From Spirochaetia bacterium (GTDB taxonomy: Bacteria; Spirochaetota; Spirochaetia; SP-2023): a stretch of DNA of 64,000 nt. The notes under the pieces are model-generated. The model did no database searches and was not told the DNA's origin. It was given only the letters and a program-made list of their open reading frames with translations. Location: contig CBDDCK010000005.1 in assembly GCA_965225855.1 (NCBI GenBank), positions 608,001 through 672,000 of the forward strand, in the 5' to 3' direction. The translations under genes and the position numbers were made by a program. This document shows, piece after piece, positions 10,351 through 20,977 of this stretch (within the stretch, counting starts at the first letter, position 1; the number at the start of each line of letters is the position of its first letter).

Positions 10351-12423
10351 ATGCCAACCAATCAAAACCCAAACCCAGCTCCCTCAAAAAAAACAAGCAA
10401 AAACCCAATTAAATATGATGAGAGTAAAATCCAAACCTTAGAAGCCTTAGAGCACATTCGCTTACGCTCTGGCATGTACATTGGGCGCCTGGGCAACGGC
10501 GAACAATACGAAGACGGTATTTATATTCTCCTGAAAGAAATTATTGATAATTCTATTGATGAATATATTATGGGCAATGGGCAACGCATTGAAATCACTT
10601 TAGAGCAAAACTATGACGATGGCAGCCAATTGCAGTTTTCCCCAGCGATAGAACAAACTGTAGAGCCAAGTGAATTAGAACAACAAGCAGAAAATGGCAA
10701 CCCAAATCAAAAAATGATTGGTGGAGAAGATCAATTTAAACCCAATGAGGAACATAAAACAGATAAACGCAAAGCACAAAGTGGCAAAATTACCGTGCGA
10801 GATTATGGCCGAGGTATACCTTTGGGCAAAGTTGTTGAAGCCGTTTCGCTAATTAATACGGGGGCAAAATATAACGATGATGTCTTTCAATTTACTGTAG
10901 GTCTTAATGGCGTGGGCACAAAAGCAGTTAACGCCCTTTCGGCCTATTTTTTGGTGCGAACCTACCGCGATGGCCAAATGGTCGAAGCTGTATTTTCCCA
11001 AGGCAAACTAAAAAGCCAAACTCAAGATGCAACAAGCCAAGCCAATGGTACTTATGTTGAGTTTTGGCCCGATGAACAAATTTTTGGTAACTTTGCATTT
11101 CAGTTAGAATTCCTGCAAAACCGAATATTTCATTATTCCTGCCTAAACACCAATTTAGAGTTCGGTTTCAGTATTGGGGGCCAGCGGGAAGGCTATTTAA
11201 GCAGCCAAGGTCTACAAGATTTGCTAGAGCGTGAACTGCCCAGTGGCACTTTATACCCAGTTATGCGCTGTCAAACCAATGATGGACAACAGGGTGGGCT
11301 AGAATTTGCCTTCACCCACACCCAGCAAATTGGGGAAACTCATTTTTCTTTTGTCAATGGCCAATTTACGCTAGACGGTGGGGTTCATCTCCAAGCTTTC
11401 CGCGATGGCTTTACACGTGGCATCAATGATTTTTACAAAACATGTTATACTTCACAAGATATTCGCGATGGCTTGGTAGCTGCAATAAAAGTCAAAGTCA
11501 AAAATCCTATTTTTGAAAGCCAAACTAAAAATAAACTTGGTAATAGCGAAATGCGTGCACCCATCGCCTCCCAAGTGCGCAAAATGACTGCCGACCTGCT
11601 CTACCGCAACGAAGATTTAGCCCAAAAACTTAGCGAAAAAATCAAGCAAAACGAAAAGTTGCGTAAAGAACTTTCCAGCGTGCGCAAAATGATGCGTGAA
11701 TCCAGTAAGCGATTGGCTTTAAACATTCCGCAGCTGCGCGATTGTAAATACCACAAAGGCGAGAAACAGCCCAAAAAAGCAGAAAATAAAGAAACGATGA
11801 TTTTCCTCACAGAAGGGCAATCGGCAACCGGTTCACTAGTTTCATGCCGTGATGTTTACTACCAAGCTCTATTTTCGCTGCGCGGTAAACCGTGGAATTG
11901 TTTTGGCCGCAGCACTACTGAAATTTACCAAAATGAAGAATTGTATCACCTGCTCAAAGCCCTTGGTTTGGAAAACGGTATCGATCAATTGCGATACGAC
12001 CAAATCATTTTGGCCACCGATGCCGATGATGATGGTTACCATATCCGCAATTTATTGATGACGTTTTTTTTGCATTATTTTGAAACGCTGGTGCAAGCGG
12101 GCCATTTGTATATTTTAGAAACGCCATTATTTCGAGTGCGCAATAACAAAGAGACACATTATTGCTACAATGAAGCCGAACGAAATCACTGGACAAAGAA
12201 ACTTTCCGGTCCGGAAATAACTCGCTTTAAAGGACTGGGAGAAATTTCTCCCAAAGAATTTGGCCAATTTATTGGGGAAGATATGCGCTTAATTCCTGTA
12301 AATATTGAGCCATTTAAAATGCATATAATCCCCGATGTATTGGAATTTTATATGGGAAAAAATACACCCCAACGCAAAAAATTTATTGTGGAAAACTTAA
12401 AAGAAACTTCGGAAGTGATGTGA
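10351..12423 (+). CDS. parE: DNA topoisomerase IV subunit B (GyrB/ParE family)
   Basis: EHIRLRSGMYIG, EIIDNSIDE, DYGRGIP, GLNGVGTKAVNALS, TEGQSA, ATDADDDG and RFKGLGEI motifs. Confidence 0.9.
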   Translation: MPTNQNPNPAPSKKTSKNPIKYDESKIQTLEALEHIRLRSGMYIGRLGNGEQYEDGIYILLKEIIDNSIDEYIMGNGQRIEITLEQNYDDGSQLQFSPAIEQTVEPSELEQQAENGNPNQKMIGGEDQFKPNEEHKTDKRKAQSGKITVRDYGRGIPLGKVVEAVSLINTGAKYNDDVFQFTVGLNGVGTKAVNALSAYFLVRTYRDGQMVEAVFSQGKLKSQTQDATSQANGTYVEFWPDEQIFGNFAFQLEFLQNRIFHYSCLNTNLEFGFSIGGQREGYLSSQGLQDLLERELPSGTLYPVMRCQTNDGQQGGLEFAFTHTQQIGETHFSFVNGQFTLDGGVHLQAFRDGFTRGINDFYKTCYTSQDIRDGLVAAIKVKVKNPIFESQTKNKLGNSEMRAPIASQVRKMTADLLYRNEDLAQKLSEKIKQNEKLRKELSSVRKMMRESSKRLALNIPQLRDCKYHKGEKQPKKAENKETMIFLTEGQSATGSLVSCRDVYYQALFSLRGKPWNCFGRSTTEIYQNEELYHLLKALGLENGIDQLRYDQIILATDADDDGYHIRNLLMTFFLHYFETLVQAGHLYILETPLFRVRNNKETHYCYNEAERNHWTKKLSGPEITRFKGLGEISPKEFGQFIGEDMRLIPVNIEPFKMHIIPDVLEFYMGKNTPQRKKFIVENLKETSEVM

Positions 12424-12509
12424 AATTTTATTGCAAAATATTTTGCCTATCTAAATTGATTTACAAACAATAGAACCACACACTTACAAGTTGCTCTAAT
12501 ATTTTTAGC

Positions 12510-13109
12510 TTAGCGATACAATGTGGCTTTCATCACTTCATCAGCTTTACTATTACTTATGAGGCGTTGTATCAAGGCTTCAGCTAATAAGTGGGCACTA
12601 CCCACACCATCAGCGGTAATAATATTTCCATCGATTGCCAAAGACTGTGGTAATTTTTGTTTTTGAATATTTTCCGCTAAAATGGTTTCATCCCCCGGAT
12701 AACAAGTATACTTCCCCAGTAAATTACAAGCTTTAGCCAAAACATAGGCAGGTGCCGCACAAATGGCAGCTAAATATCGCTGCCTACTTTCTAAAGTTTG
12801 GGTATATTCTTGTAAAAAATTTACCAGCTCACTATTTTCTGCCAGATTCTTACTGCCAGGCATACCACCAGGCAAAAAAACGGCATCTGGATATTCAGCT
12901 TTAGCTAAAAATTGAGCTAAAGTTATGTGAGCCTGCAACCGCAGTTGATGGGAACTACAAACTTCTAAAGTACCATTGTTTAACTGACACTCTTCAGTTA
13001 CAGCAACCAAAATAATTTGAATACCAGCCCGATAACATAGATCATAGGGGAGGCAAAACTCTACCTCCTCAAAGCCATTTGCTAATATAATCGCCAAAGA
13101 TTTTATCAT
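12510..13109 (-). CDS. DJ-1/PfpI (ThiJ/YajL-like) protein
   Basis: GFEEVE, LPGGMPGSKNL, AAICAAP and TCYPG motifs. Confidence 0.9.
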   Translation of the reverse strand: MIKSLAIILANGFEEVEFCLPYDLCYRAGIQIILVAVTEECQLNNGTLEVCSSHQLRLQAHITLAQFLAKAEYPDAVFLPGGMPGSKNLAENSELVNFLQEYTQTLESRQRYLAAICAAPAYVLAKACNLLGKYTCYPGDETILAENIQKQKLPQSLAIDGNIITADGVGSAHLLAEALIQRLISNSKADEVMKATLYR

Positions 13110-13139
13110 TAAATTTACTCCTAACTTATTTTTTTGTAA

Positions 13140-13391
13140 TCAAAATTTATGTTTAGTCCGCTTTTGCAATAATTTTTGCAAATCAGAAAGTTTTGAACTA
13201 TCTAGCTTGCTTTGTGCTGCATTCAGCATCGCATCTTGGAGCTGTTCATAAATTTCTTTACGAAAAATTTTCACATTTTGTGGTGCCACAATGCCCAAGC
13301 GAACTTGCTCTCCTTTTACTTCTGTAATGCATATCTCAATAGAATCATTGATGATAATGCTATCGCCCTCACGCCGTGATAATATCAGCAC
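13140..13391 (-). CDS. csrA: Carbon storage regulator
   Basis: MLILSRREGDSIII...VRLGIVAP..VKIFRKEIY. Confidence 0.97.
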   Translation of the reverse strand: MLILSRREGDSIIINDSIEICITEVKGEQVRLGIVAPQNVKIFRKEIYEQLQDAMLNAAQSKLDSSKLSDLQKLLQKRTKHKF

Positions 13392-13399
13392 AAAAGAAC

Positions 13400-13846
13400 C
13401 TATTGATCGTTATGCCACAAGTCTGCTAAACGATAGCGCACCGACCAACGCTCATCACCGACAATAATTTGGCGGCCGAGATTTTGTGCTTTATTAAAAA
13501 TAATCGGCCCCTGCATATTCACCGTAGAAATTTCAGGTTCATAATCATGCAATGTAACAATCGAAAAAAACAAAAGATTCTGATCTTCATGATTTTGCAG
13601 ACCAATACTAGAAAAGTCCTCTAAAGCAGCTTGTTGAATGCTATAGTCAGAAATTAAAAACTCTGGCGATAATAGTAAAAAACTTAATTCGCTGCGTTCT
13701 AGCGACTGCAACCAATAAAACGGCAAATAAGCTGAATCAATTAACGCAAAATGACGGAGCTCTTCAAAAGCATATAAACCATATGGAAAATGAAAGAGCT
13801 GGCGAGAATCTACTTCCACATCGCCAGACTGTGTTTTTATTTTCAC
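13400..13846 (-). CDS. fliW: Flagellar assembly factor FliW
   Basis: FPYGLYAFE, FYWLQS and TVNMQGPIIFN motifs; lies between flgL and csrA. Confidence 0.93.
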   Translation of the reverse strand: MKIKTQSGDVEVDSRQLFHFPYGLYAFEELRHFALIDSAYLPFYWLQSLERSELSFLLLSPEFLISDYSIQQAALEDFSSIGLQNHEDQNLLFFSIVTLHDYEPEISTVNMQGPIIFNKAQNLGRQIIVGDERWSVRYRLADLWHNDQ

Positions 13847-13847
13847 G

Positions 13848-15092
13848 CTAGCGCAAAAAATCCATTAAACTGGTATTCATGGTTTTAGCCGCAGCCATAT
13901 ATACAGCAGTCTGGGAATTTTGCAATTCTTTTAACTCGAGAATTGCTTGACTAATATCAACTGAACGCTCTTCGGCATCCATTGCTGTATAATTGTATTG
14001 CTCTTCTTGCAACCAATTGCCTATATTTTCTGCTCTCTCTTGGCGCGCGCCAAAATTGGTACGCACCGAACTAACATTGGAAATACTTGCATCAATGGCA
14101 GCCAAATAACGGCTACCCACTGCTTCAGAATCTCCACTAAGCAAAGCATCACGCAGACCAATTACTACGTCAAAAATAGAAGCTCCACTTTCTTGGCTTT
14201 CTTTCCTTATGTTGTAAGGAGGCCGGTTATGTTGAGTCAAACCCAAAAGCTGTAAATTGTTGTGGCCATTTTGTTCTTGCAACCATATCTGATGTGGGGT
14301 AGTGCTTTGTAATACAACTCCATTACTCAATGGCGAAATTTCGGCCTTTACAGCTGCCCCACTCTCATTGATTTTTGCCACAATTGTCCGAGCATTGTCG
14401 CCCACTTCCAGTGGGATTTCAATATTATCCACCATAATGCGGCTGGTTTGCTGAACAACAAAATTATCACTGTTAATATTGCTAACAATGCGATGTGGCT
14501 GCGCCCAAAATAACGTGTTGCCGGGCACCGTTGCCTCAATATATTTACCATCGCTAATTTCTAGTGAGCGGGCCTGATTATTGCCCATGTATCGTACTTT
14601 AGTGATACTATTTTCCCCCAAAACCGGCACAAAGCCTTCTTCACTGACAAAAGCTGTATTGGTGCCTTCGGTGCCACTAAACATAGCATAACCATATTCA
14701 TCTCGGGCATTGGCAATACTGACTAAATCTTGCAGCAGCTCATTTGTTACACGGCCAATCTGTTGCAAACCTTCCTTGGCATAAGTACCACTAGCACCTC
14801 GAACCGCCATACTGCGCAATTCCTGCAAATCATCAATCACACGACTGATCTGGCTTTCAGCCAACTGAAAACGCTCATTGACATGAATAATTTGATCGCT
14901 ATATTTTTCCAGCCGATTCAATTGCGAGATATAGCGCGAGGCCCTAGCTGCTGTGATCGTTTTTTCACCTAAATTATCAAACTTTTTATTGCTACCAATT
15001 TGATTGATCAAGCTATTGACTTTGGCATCTTTCTCACGGGCATAGTGGCGAATATCATCGCTACTTTGGTAGGTGCTAGTCCGAATATTCAT
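13848..15092 (-). CDS. flgL: Flagellar hook-associated protein 3
   Basis: Flagellin-like N- and C-terminal helices ending SLMDFLR; follows flgK. Confidence 0.93.
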   Translation of the reverse strand: MNIRTSTYQSSDDIRHYAREKDAKVNSLINQIGSNKKFDNLGEKTITAARASRYISQLNRLEKYSDQIIHVNERFQLAESQISRVIDDLQELRSMAVRGASGTYAKEGLQQIGRVTNELLQDLVSIANARDEYGYAMFSGTEGTNTAFVSEEGFVPVLGENSITKVRYMGNNQARSLEISDGKYIEATVPGNTLFWAQPHRIVSNINSDNFVVQQTSRIMVDNIEIPLEVGDNARTIVAKINESGAAVKAEISPLSNGVVLQSTTPHQIWLQEQNGHNNLQLLGLTQHNRPPYNIRKESQESGASIFDVVIGLRDALLSGDSEAVGSRYLAAIDASISNVSSVRTNFGARQERAENIGNWLQEEQYNYTAMDAEERSVDISQAILELKELQNSQTAVYMAAAKTMNTSLMDFLR

Positions 15093-15210
15093 AAATTTAT
15101 ACTCCTAAATTTGTTCTGAACCTGAAAGTCTATTTTTCAAATTTTCCCATCTTCAAAACTCTAATTTTGGCTTTTATTTTTATAAAATAATTTATAAAAA
15201 TAAAATGGTA

Positions 15211-17151
15211 TTAAGCTCCAACTTGAGTGATCAGCACATCCATCAATTTATCAAAAGTAGCAATAAATTTAGCAGCAGCATTATAGCCATGCTGAAATTT
15301 CACCATGTTGGTAAATTCTTCATCGAGATTCACACCGCTAACTTCTTTACGCATATCTTCCAATTCTTTGAGCTCACCTTCAAAAGTGGTGTAGAACAAT
15401 CCAGCTCGGTGTTCTTTACTACCGATTTCCGCAATATTACTGGCAAAAAAATCTTCCATAGTTTCGCGTCCGCCAAACATCAATGGTTGGTGTGCCAAAT
15501 TGGCAATTTCTAAAGCAATTTCATTGTTGCCCAAAGGGGCTTGACGCCCGTTGTCTCCGGCACTCAATGGATTAGGTTTGGCAGAGCTAATCGTACTGGG
15601 ATCAGAAATAATAGCTTTATTGACCCTAACCGTTGCAGAAGGATTGCGCTGGAGCTGAACTTGCCATTTAGCCGCAGTAGCTATACCATTGGCAGTATCT
15701 TGCGCTATGGCTTGACGCAACACTAACGCTTGATTAGGCTGGTTTTGATCAAAAATATTTCCCGGTTCTGCTTGGCCGCGACTTTGCATCAAACCGCTAT
15801 ATTGGGTCAAAAAATAGGAACTATCCTCAAGATACGAAAGCGTAAACTGGCTTTCTGCTGTAGCGTGCAATTGCAAATTACCGTTGCGGTCCAAGCGGGC
15901 TTTGACATTGGCACCCGATTGGTTAATGCGTTCAATTACTGTTTGCACGGTATCTGTAGCATTATATGAAACATTTATGTTGCCATTAGCTGAACTTAAA
16001 ACCATTTCCCCGCTAATGCCGAGTACATCGGTTCCGACAAGTCTTTCTGTACCACTGATCTGATACAAACGCGTCTGGTCAAAATTGCCATCGCCAGTGC
16101 TATCATAGTTACCTAAAGGGTTGGTTGTTTCATTAAAAACTTCAAAAAATGCAACACCAGTTTTACCATTCAGCCCCACTCCAGAGCTGTGAATTTCATT
16201 GACTTGGGCAACATAGGTCATCGTCAATTCGTCCAGTTGAGAAATTTCTTGAACCAAATCGTTATCGCGCATATCCAGTAAAGCCTTGAGAGAACCACCT
16301 CCAAGTTGCACAGGCTCATACTCAGCTTGCGTATTGCCACTGCTTTTGGGCCAAACAACTTGAAAATAACCACCGTTTTCCAAATTAGCCTGTAACTCAA
16401 AATTTTGCACATCACCGCCTTGGATCAAGCGAAAACCTCCAATATACACTTGAAACTCATCAGCATCACGCATGTCGGTGCTAATATTAATATATTCAGA
16501 CAATTTTTGCACCAAAATATCACGCTGATCTAAAAGATCGTTAGGCTGATCCCCAACTGCTTTTGAGCGCAATATTTTTGTGTTTAATGCTCCAATATTA
16601 TTGGCTAGGTCATTTATCTCTTTGACCTGAATACCAATTTCTTCATTGACTTGCTTACGCAATCTATTCAAACGATCAAAGCGCAAATTGATGTGATCCA
16701 TCAAATTTTGCCCTCTATAGGCAATCTGCTGACGTGCATCGAGGTTTCCCGGATCAACAGAAAGGTTTTGCCAAGATTCCCAAAATTGATCGGTAACTTT
16801 GCGAATCGAATTGCCATCATTTTCTTGGTAGAGTTTATCAATTTGATTTAAATATTTACTGCGCACTTGCCAATAAGAAGCTTTTTCTTGTGATTGCAAA
16901 ATTTTATTGTCGATGAAAAAATCGCGGACTCGCTCAATGCGTGTAACAGCAACCCCCGTACCAATTTGCCCAGCTCTTTCTGGCCGGGTCAAATCTGGCG
17001 CATACAAAGGGTCTGTAGGATTCATGCGAACACGCTGCCGGCTATAACCCTCTGTTGATGAATTGCTAATATTATGAGCTACGGTGCTCAATGCAGTTTG
17101 ATGGGCCACCAAGCCACGTTTACCTGTTTCCAATTGTCCAAACGTACTCAT
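15211..17151 (-). CDS. flgK: Flagellar hook-associated protein 1
   Basis: HNISNSSTEGYSRQRV N-terminus; VSGVNLDEEFTNMVKFQHGYNAAAK C-terminus. Confidence 0.97.
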   Translation of the reverse strand: MSTFGQLETGKRGLVAHQTALSTVAHNISNSSTEGYSRQRVRMNPTDPLYAPDLTRPERAGQIGTGVAVTRIERVRDFFIDNKILQSQEKASYWQVRSKYLNQIDKLYQENDGNSIRKVTDQFWESWQNLSVDPGNLDARQQIAYRGQNLMDHINLRFDRLNRLRKQVNEEIGIQVKEINDLANNIGALNTKILRSKAVGDQPNDLLDQRDILVQKLSEYINISTDMRDADEFQVYIGGFRLIQGGDVQNFELQANLENGGYFQVVWPKSSGNTQAEYEPVQLGGGSLKALLDMRDNDLVQEISQLDELTMTYVAQVNEIHSSGVGLNGKTGVAFFEVFNETTNPLGNYDSTGDGNFDQTRLYQISGTERLVGTDVLGISGEMVLSSANGNINVSYNATDTVQTVIERINQSGANVKARLDRNGNLQLHATAESQFTLSYLEDSSYFLTQYSGLMQSRGQAEPGNIFDQNQPNQALVLRQAIAQDTANGIATAAKWQVQLQRNPSATVRVNKAIISDPSTISSAKPNPLSAGDNGRQAPLGNNEIALEIANLAHQPLMFGGRETMEDFFASNIAEIGSKEHRAGLFYTTFEGELKELEDMRKEVSGVNLDEEFTNMVKFQHGYNAAAKFIATFDKLMDVLITQVGA

Positions 17152-17192
17152 AGTTGTTATCCTCTAAAATAATCCTTCTTGATTAATTATAA

Positions 17193-17726
17193 TTATGCTT
17201 CACCATTAAAAATTCGCGAAGGTGCGGCAGCCTTAGGCTGATAATGGCCCCCCGCTCTGCCATAGACTTGGCCACAATCCAGCTCATCATCTTTCAATGC
17301 AGAAAGAAAACCTTCAATCATTTGTTGTTTTTGTTGACTGTAATGTTGCAACACTTGCAGTTCACTCTGGCGATGTACCAGATTATCACGCAATTCTTGC
17401 CAAATTTTCCGCAGGCGATATTGTTCTTGCTCTGGAAGCAACACTAATAATTCACTAATTTTCAAAAGTTGCGCTGATTCTTGCACAGAATCCTTTTGTA
17501 ATTTCTTTTGTAATTTCATGCGCAATTCCAACATTTGCTTACTGATCCGCCCTTGTTCTCGAGCCAAAAATTCCATACGTTCCAGATTTTGATTCAACGG
17601 CGACCATTCTTTATCTTTAATTGCTTTACGCAATTCACAATATAAATTTGACTGATCTTCGTTCAATTCAAACAACTTGTGGAAATATCGGTAAAGCTCT
17701 TCACAATAATCGGCCAAACTGGGCAT
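17193..17726 (-). CDS. flgN: Probable flagellar export chaperone (FlgN-like)
   Basis: Helical 177-aa protein directly upstream of flgK with C-terminal YGRAG...IFN; assignment is mainly positional. Confidence 0.65.
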   Translation of the reverse strand: MPSLADYCEELYRYFHKLFELNEDQSNLYCELRKAIKDKEWSPLNQNLERMEFLAREQGRISKQMLELRMKLQKKLQKDSVQESAQLLKISELLVLLPEQEQYRLRKIWQELRDNLVHRQSELQVLQHYSQQKQQMIEGFLSALKDDELDCGQVYGRAGGHYQPKAAAPSRIFNGEA

Positions 17727-17762
17727 AAAATCCCTCCTTTCCTATAACCATAGCACTATAGC

Positions 17763-17790
17763 TTTTCGGTTATTCTACTTTTATCATTTA
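17763..17790 (-). promoter_or_regulatory. Putative sigma-28 promoter of the flgN-flgK-flgL-fliW-csrA operon
   Basis: Minus strand TAAA-N16-ACCGAAAA versus consensus TAAA-N15/16-GCCGATAA. Confidence 0.55.
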
Positions 17791-17953
17791 GCAAAAAATA
17801 GAACCTAAGAACGTTTTATACAATTTAGGGCTATGACAAAAATTATAGAGGATTTTAAAGTTGATATAAATTCTTTACTACAGAAATATCTCAAAGAATC
17901 CCGAATTATATCGTCTGCTATTATTGGCTTCGTTTATGTCTTAATTTTTTACT

Positions 17954-18009
17954 TGTTGGCTTTCGCTTAGCGCGCAGCACAACAGCTGGCCGCTAAGCGA
18001 AAGCCAACA
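17954..18009. repeat. 19-bp perfect inverted repeat (long GC-rich hairpin; terminator or REP-like element)
   Basis: tgttggctttcgcttagcg (17954-17972) pairs with cgctaagcgaaagccaaca (17991-18009). Confidence 0.8.
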
Positions 18010-18060
18010 GAAACATAGTAGATTGCCTCGGCAGTGCAAGGGCTGCGATGAAATACGGTG

Positions 18061-18330
18061 TTAAATGTTTTGGCAAAATTCCATCCTCCCCCGGGAAATT
18101 CGGGTGATACTGGAATCTACTTTGTTTGAAATAAGAGGGGGATTTTGCTTTCTTTGTTGGGCCACGGCCTTATATACTTCATAACTACTTGGCCCATACC
18201 AAACTTTATAAAACCAAAATAAATCATCTGGTTTTTGTATGCGCTGTGGTTTCTCTAGGTAATTCGCTGGAAGGCTAGCTACCACTGGCTGGATTGTAGC
18301 ACAATAAAACGATCCCAGAGCCAGTCCCAA
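18061..18330 (-). CDS. Short hypothetical protein, possibly a remnant
   Basis: 89-aa ORF co-oriented directly after the lipoprotein gene; start uncertain. Confidence 0.3.
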   Translation of the reverse strand: MGLALGSFYCATIQPVVASLPANYLEKPQRIQKPDDLFWFYKVWYGPSSYEVYKAVAQQRKQNPPLISNKVDSSITRISRGRMEFCQNI

Positions 18331-18346
18331 GCATTTCCGCTTTAGT

Positions 18347-19000
18347 TTATTCGGCTATTGAGATTTTTTTGGTATTGGTTGCTGTACAGTTATTTATTTC
18401 TGAACTATTAGAAAGGTTTTTCGTTTTTGGATCGAGTGATTCAATACTCCAATGATTGTTGTCTGATTCAATGGTGCGCCGCGGATAATTGACGAGCCAA
18501 CGCTGCATATATTTTGGGTACTGGGTATTACTGGCATAAATTTTATCATAACTAGCCACCAAATAATTGCGGCCTTTTGTTGGCTTTGGTAGGCAGGGCT
18601 TTTTTAATGGAATGGTGCCCAGTTCGGCTTTTTGAAGCTGCGCAAATGTACTAGAATCTAAATTCACCAGCTGGCCATAATTTTCAAATTCACCCAACAC
18701 AATCTTTAATTGATGTTCAGCAGGGCTTAGTAATACAACATCAAGCCCAAAAATTAACGGTTTGGCTAAAGCGTTACCATCAATTTCGCTTACAGCTAAA
18801 AATTCGGACTTACCAACAAAATCGGGCTGAACGGTGATCAATTCCCACTTTATGCTATTTTTTGCTTTGTTAGAAAAATCTTGCGTTGCTGGAGCTGAAG
18901 CACAAGATAAAAAATTTAGCAATAAACTGGCCAAACAAATTTGGCTAAGTCCATTGCGATTTTGGTTAAGTCCATTGCGATTATACATAAATTCCCTCAA
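18347..19000 (-). CDS. Hypothetical lipoprotein
   Basis: Lipobox-like LLNFLSC after a hydrophobic stretch; 21-bp in-frame duplication (NRNGLNQ/NRNGLSQ). Confidence 0.65.
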   Translation of the reverse strand: MREFMYNRNGLNQNRNGLSQICLASLLLNFLSCASAPATQDFSNKAKNSIKWELITVQPDFVGKSEFLAVSEIDGNALAKPLIFGLDVVLLSPAEHQLKIVLGEFENYGQLVNLDSSTFAQLQKAELGTIPLKKPCLPKPTKGRNYLVASYDKIYASNTQYPKYMQRWLVNYPRRTIESDNNHWSIESLDPKTKNLSNSSEINNCTATNTKKISIAE

Positions 19001-19207
19001 AGAATGATTTCAAAATTTGGAGTAAGTATATGCTTTTAGGAGTAAGTATATGCTTTTAAATGATTCTACAGAATTTTACCCACACTCTAGCTGATGCCCA
19101 AGTTTGGAAAAATTGATAAACCATGTCAAGCTATAGCCCATTATTACCAAATTAGCCACTATCTACAATCGAATGGCTGAATCTATTTTCTTTGAACGAA
19201 TCATGAC

Positions 19208-20074
19208 TCAAAGTTTTAGGGCTAAAACTTCGCCTTCGCTTAAAACTTCAAATTGCCAAATTTTCATGCTATTGATTTCCAAAAAATAGTGTTGACCCAC
19301 ATTTAATATCGGTTGGCAAGGGCAAGTCATTACAGGTTCGGCCACGTTTAAGGCTTGCCAACGCCCCGGAGGGATTCCTAAAGCCATAACATTTTTGCGC
19401 AGCCGAATATCGTACCAGTCTATTTTTAGGCGACTAATTTCACCAATAATATACTGCAAGTCATAGTTCCAATAATTGGGAAATAAATCTCCTGCTTTAG
19501 GCTTAAATCGTCTAGCAATGTAGTATTGCAGTTTTTCAGTATTAAAGTAGCGAATGTCAAAATTCTTGTTGAGTAGTTGGGCTAGCACTTCGCTGAAAAA
19601 ACCGTTTTCCCAAGTGGCCGATATTTTATAGCTTTGCACACTACTATTTTCATCGTTGCTGTGGCTTTGCCACATAATGGCCACTCCAGCAGGTCTCCAC
19701 AACGTAACAGCTAAATTATTTGGCAAATTGGCAAACAGTGGAAAGGCTCGGATCACTATTGACTCCTTCTTTTTTAGGCTTATATCCAGTTGTCCACCAT
19801 GGGACTTTTGGTAAATTTCTGCTCGTAGCTGTAGTGCATTATTATCATAGGAGCTGCTTATATACTGTAATTTCCAGTGCCAACCAGAAAATTTTAGCCC
19901 ATTGCGATTGAGCCAATCGCGAAAATCTCCCATAACCTTTGGGGCTGAAACTAGATAATTTCTTGCTTGGGGTAGATCTTCTTGTATGAACTTACACGAG
20001 AATAGAGCCAAACAAATAGCATAATAGTATAGAAATTGCACCAGAAACTGGCCATTTGTATTGTTCCATTTCAT
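19208..20074 (-). CDS. Hypothetical lipoprotein
   Basis: 288-aa ORF with lipobox LALFSC. Confidence 0.65.
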   Translation of the reverse strand: MKWNNTNGQFLVQFLYYYAICLALFSCKFIQEDLPQARNYLVSAPKVMGDFRDWLNRNGLKFSGWHWKLQYISSSYDNNALQLRAEIYQKSHGGQLDISLKKKESIVIRAFPLFANLPNNLAVTLWRPAGVAIMWQSHSNDENSSVQSYKISATWENGFFSEVLAQLLNKNFDIRYFNTEKLQYYIARRFKPKAGDLFPNYWNYDLQYIIGEISRLKIDWYDIRLRKNVMALGIPPGRWQALNVAEPVMTCPCQPILNVGQHYFLEINSMKIWQFEVLSEGEVLALKL

Positions 20075-20163
20075 ACTTTACAAGAGGTTGATTTTTGCCA
20101 TTTTGTAGATTGATTTTTAGAATTACAAAAATCCAGCAAACCCAAACTACCGTTGTTCGTAAA

Positions 20164-20192
20164 TTGATTTTTCAGTTTGGTCACGCTATAAT
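20164..20192 (+). promoter_or_regulatory. Putative sigma-70 promoter of efp
   Basis: TTGATT-17 nt-TATAAT about 40 nt upstream of the ATG; AAGGA RBS. Confidence 0.65.
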
Positions 20193-20231
20193 CTGCCACC
20201 AAATTCCCAAATTATTGAATAAGGATACAAT

Positions 20232-20801
20232 ATGGCCACAATTAAGGCAGGCGATTTAACCAAAGGTTCGTTTCTATTGGAAAAAGATTTACCCTATATA
20301 GTTGTCGAACGTGAATTTGTAAACCCGGGGAAGGGTTCGGCATTTGTTCGCTTAAAATTGAAAAACTTGCGAGATGGTTCGGCACAGCGCATAACCCATA
20401 AAAGTCAAGATAATATTGAAGAAATTGATGTACAAGAATTTCGTGCCCAATATTTGTATAAAGATGATGCTAATTATTTTTTTATGAATAGCGAAACTTT
20501 TGAGCAATTTGAAGTCCCCATCAATACGCTGCCCGATTTACAGTATTTTGCACGGGAAGGCGAGGAATATCGTGCTGTTACTTGGGAAGAGGAAGTCCTC
20601 GATATTAAATTGCCCCCGAAAGTTGACCTATTGGTAATCCAAGCTGAAGAAGCCGTGCGGGGCGATACAGCTACATCGGTTACCAAACAAGTTATTGTGG
20701 AAACAGGGCTTCAGGTACGGGTTCCCGCATTTATTCGCAAAGGCGATAGACTCCGAATTAGTGTGGAAACCAAAGAATACCAAGAGCGGGTAAACAGTTA
20801 A
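20232..20801 (+). CDS. efp: Elongation factor P
   Basis: VNPGKGSAFVR loop, RGDTA, ETGLQVRVPAFI, YQERV. Confidence 0.97.
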   Translation: MATIKAGDLTKGSFLLEKDLPYIVVEREFVNPGKGSAFVRLKLKNLRDGSAQRITHKSQDNIEEIDVQEFRAQYLYKDDANYFFMNSETFEQFEVPINTLPDLQYFAREGEEYRAVTWEEEVLDIKLPPKVDLLVIQAEEAVRGDTATSVTKQVIVETGLQVRVPAFIRKGDRLRISVETKEYQERVNS

Positions 20802-20977
20802 ATTTTTACGCTTTGTATCTCACATAGCAATTCACTAGCTTCATTTTTTGATAACTTGGGTTTTCATAATAATTTCATGGACTGCGTTCTGATTATCGTT
20901 CTGGCCTAATTTTATCCCATAAATATTGAGTTTTATTGCTAATATTTTTATAATAACCGCATATAGAGACTAAGGAA

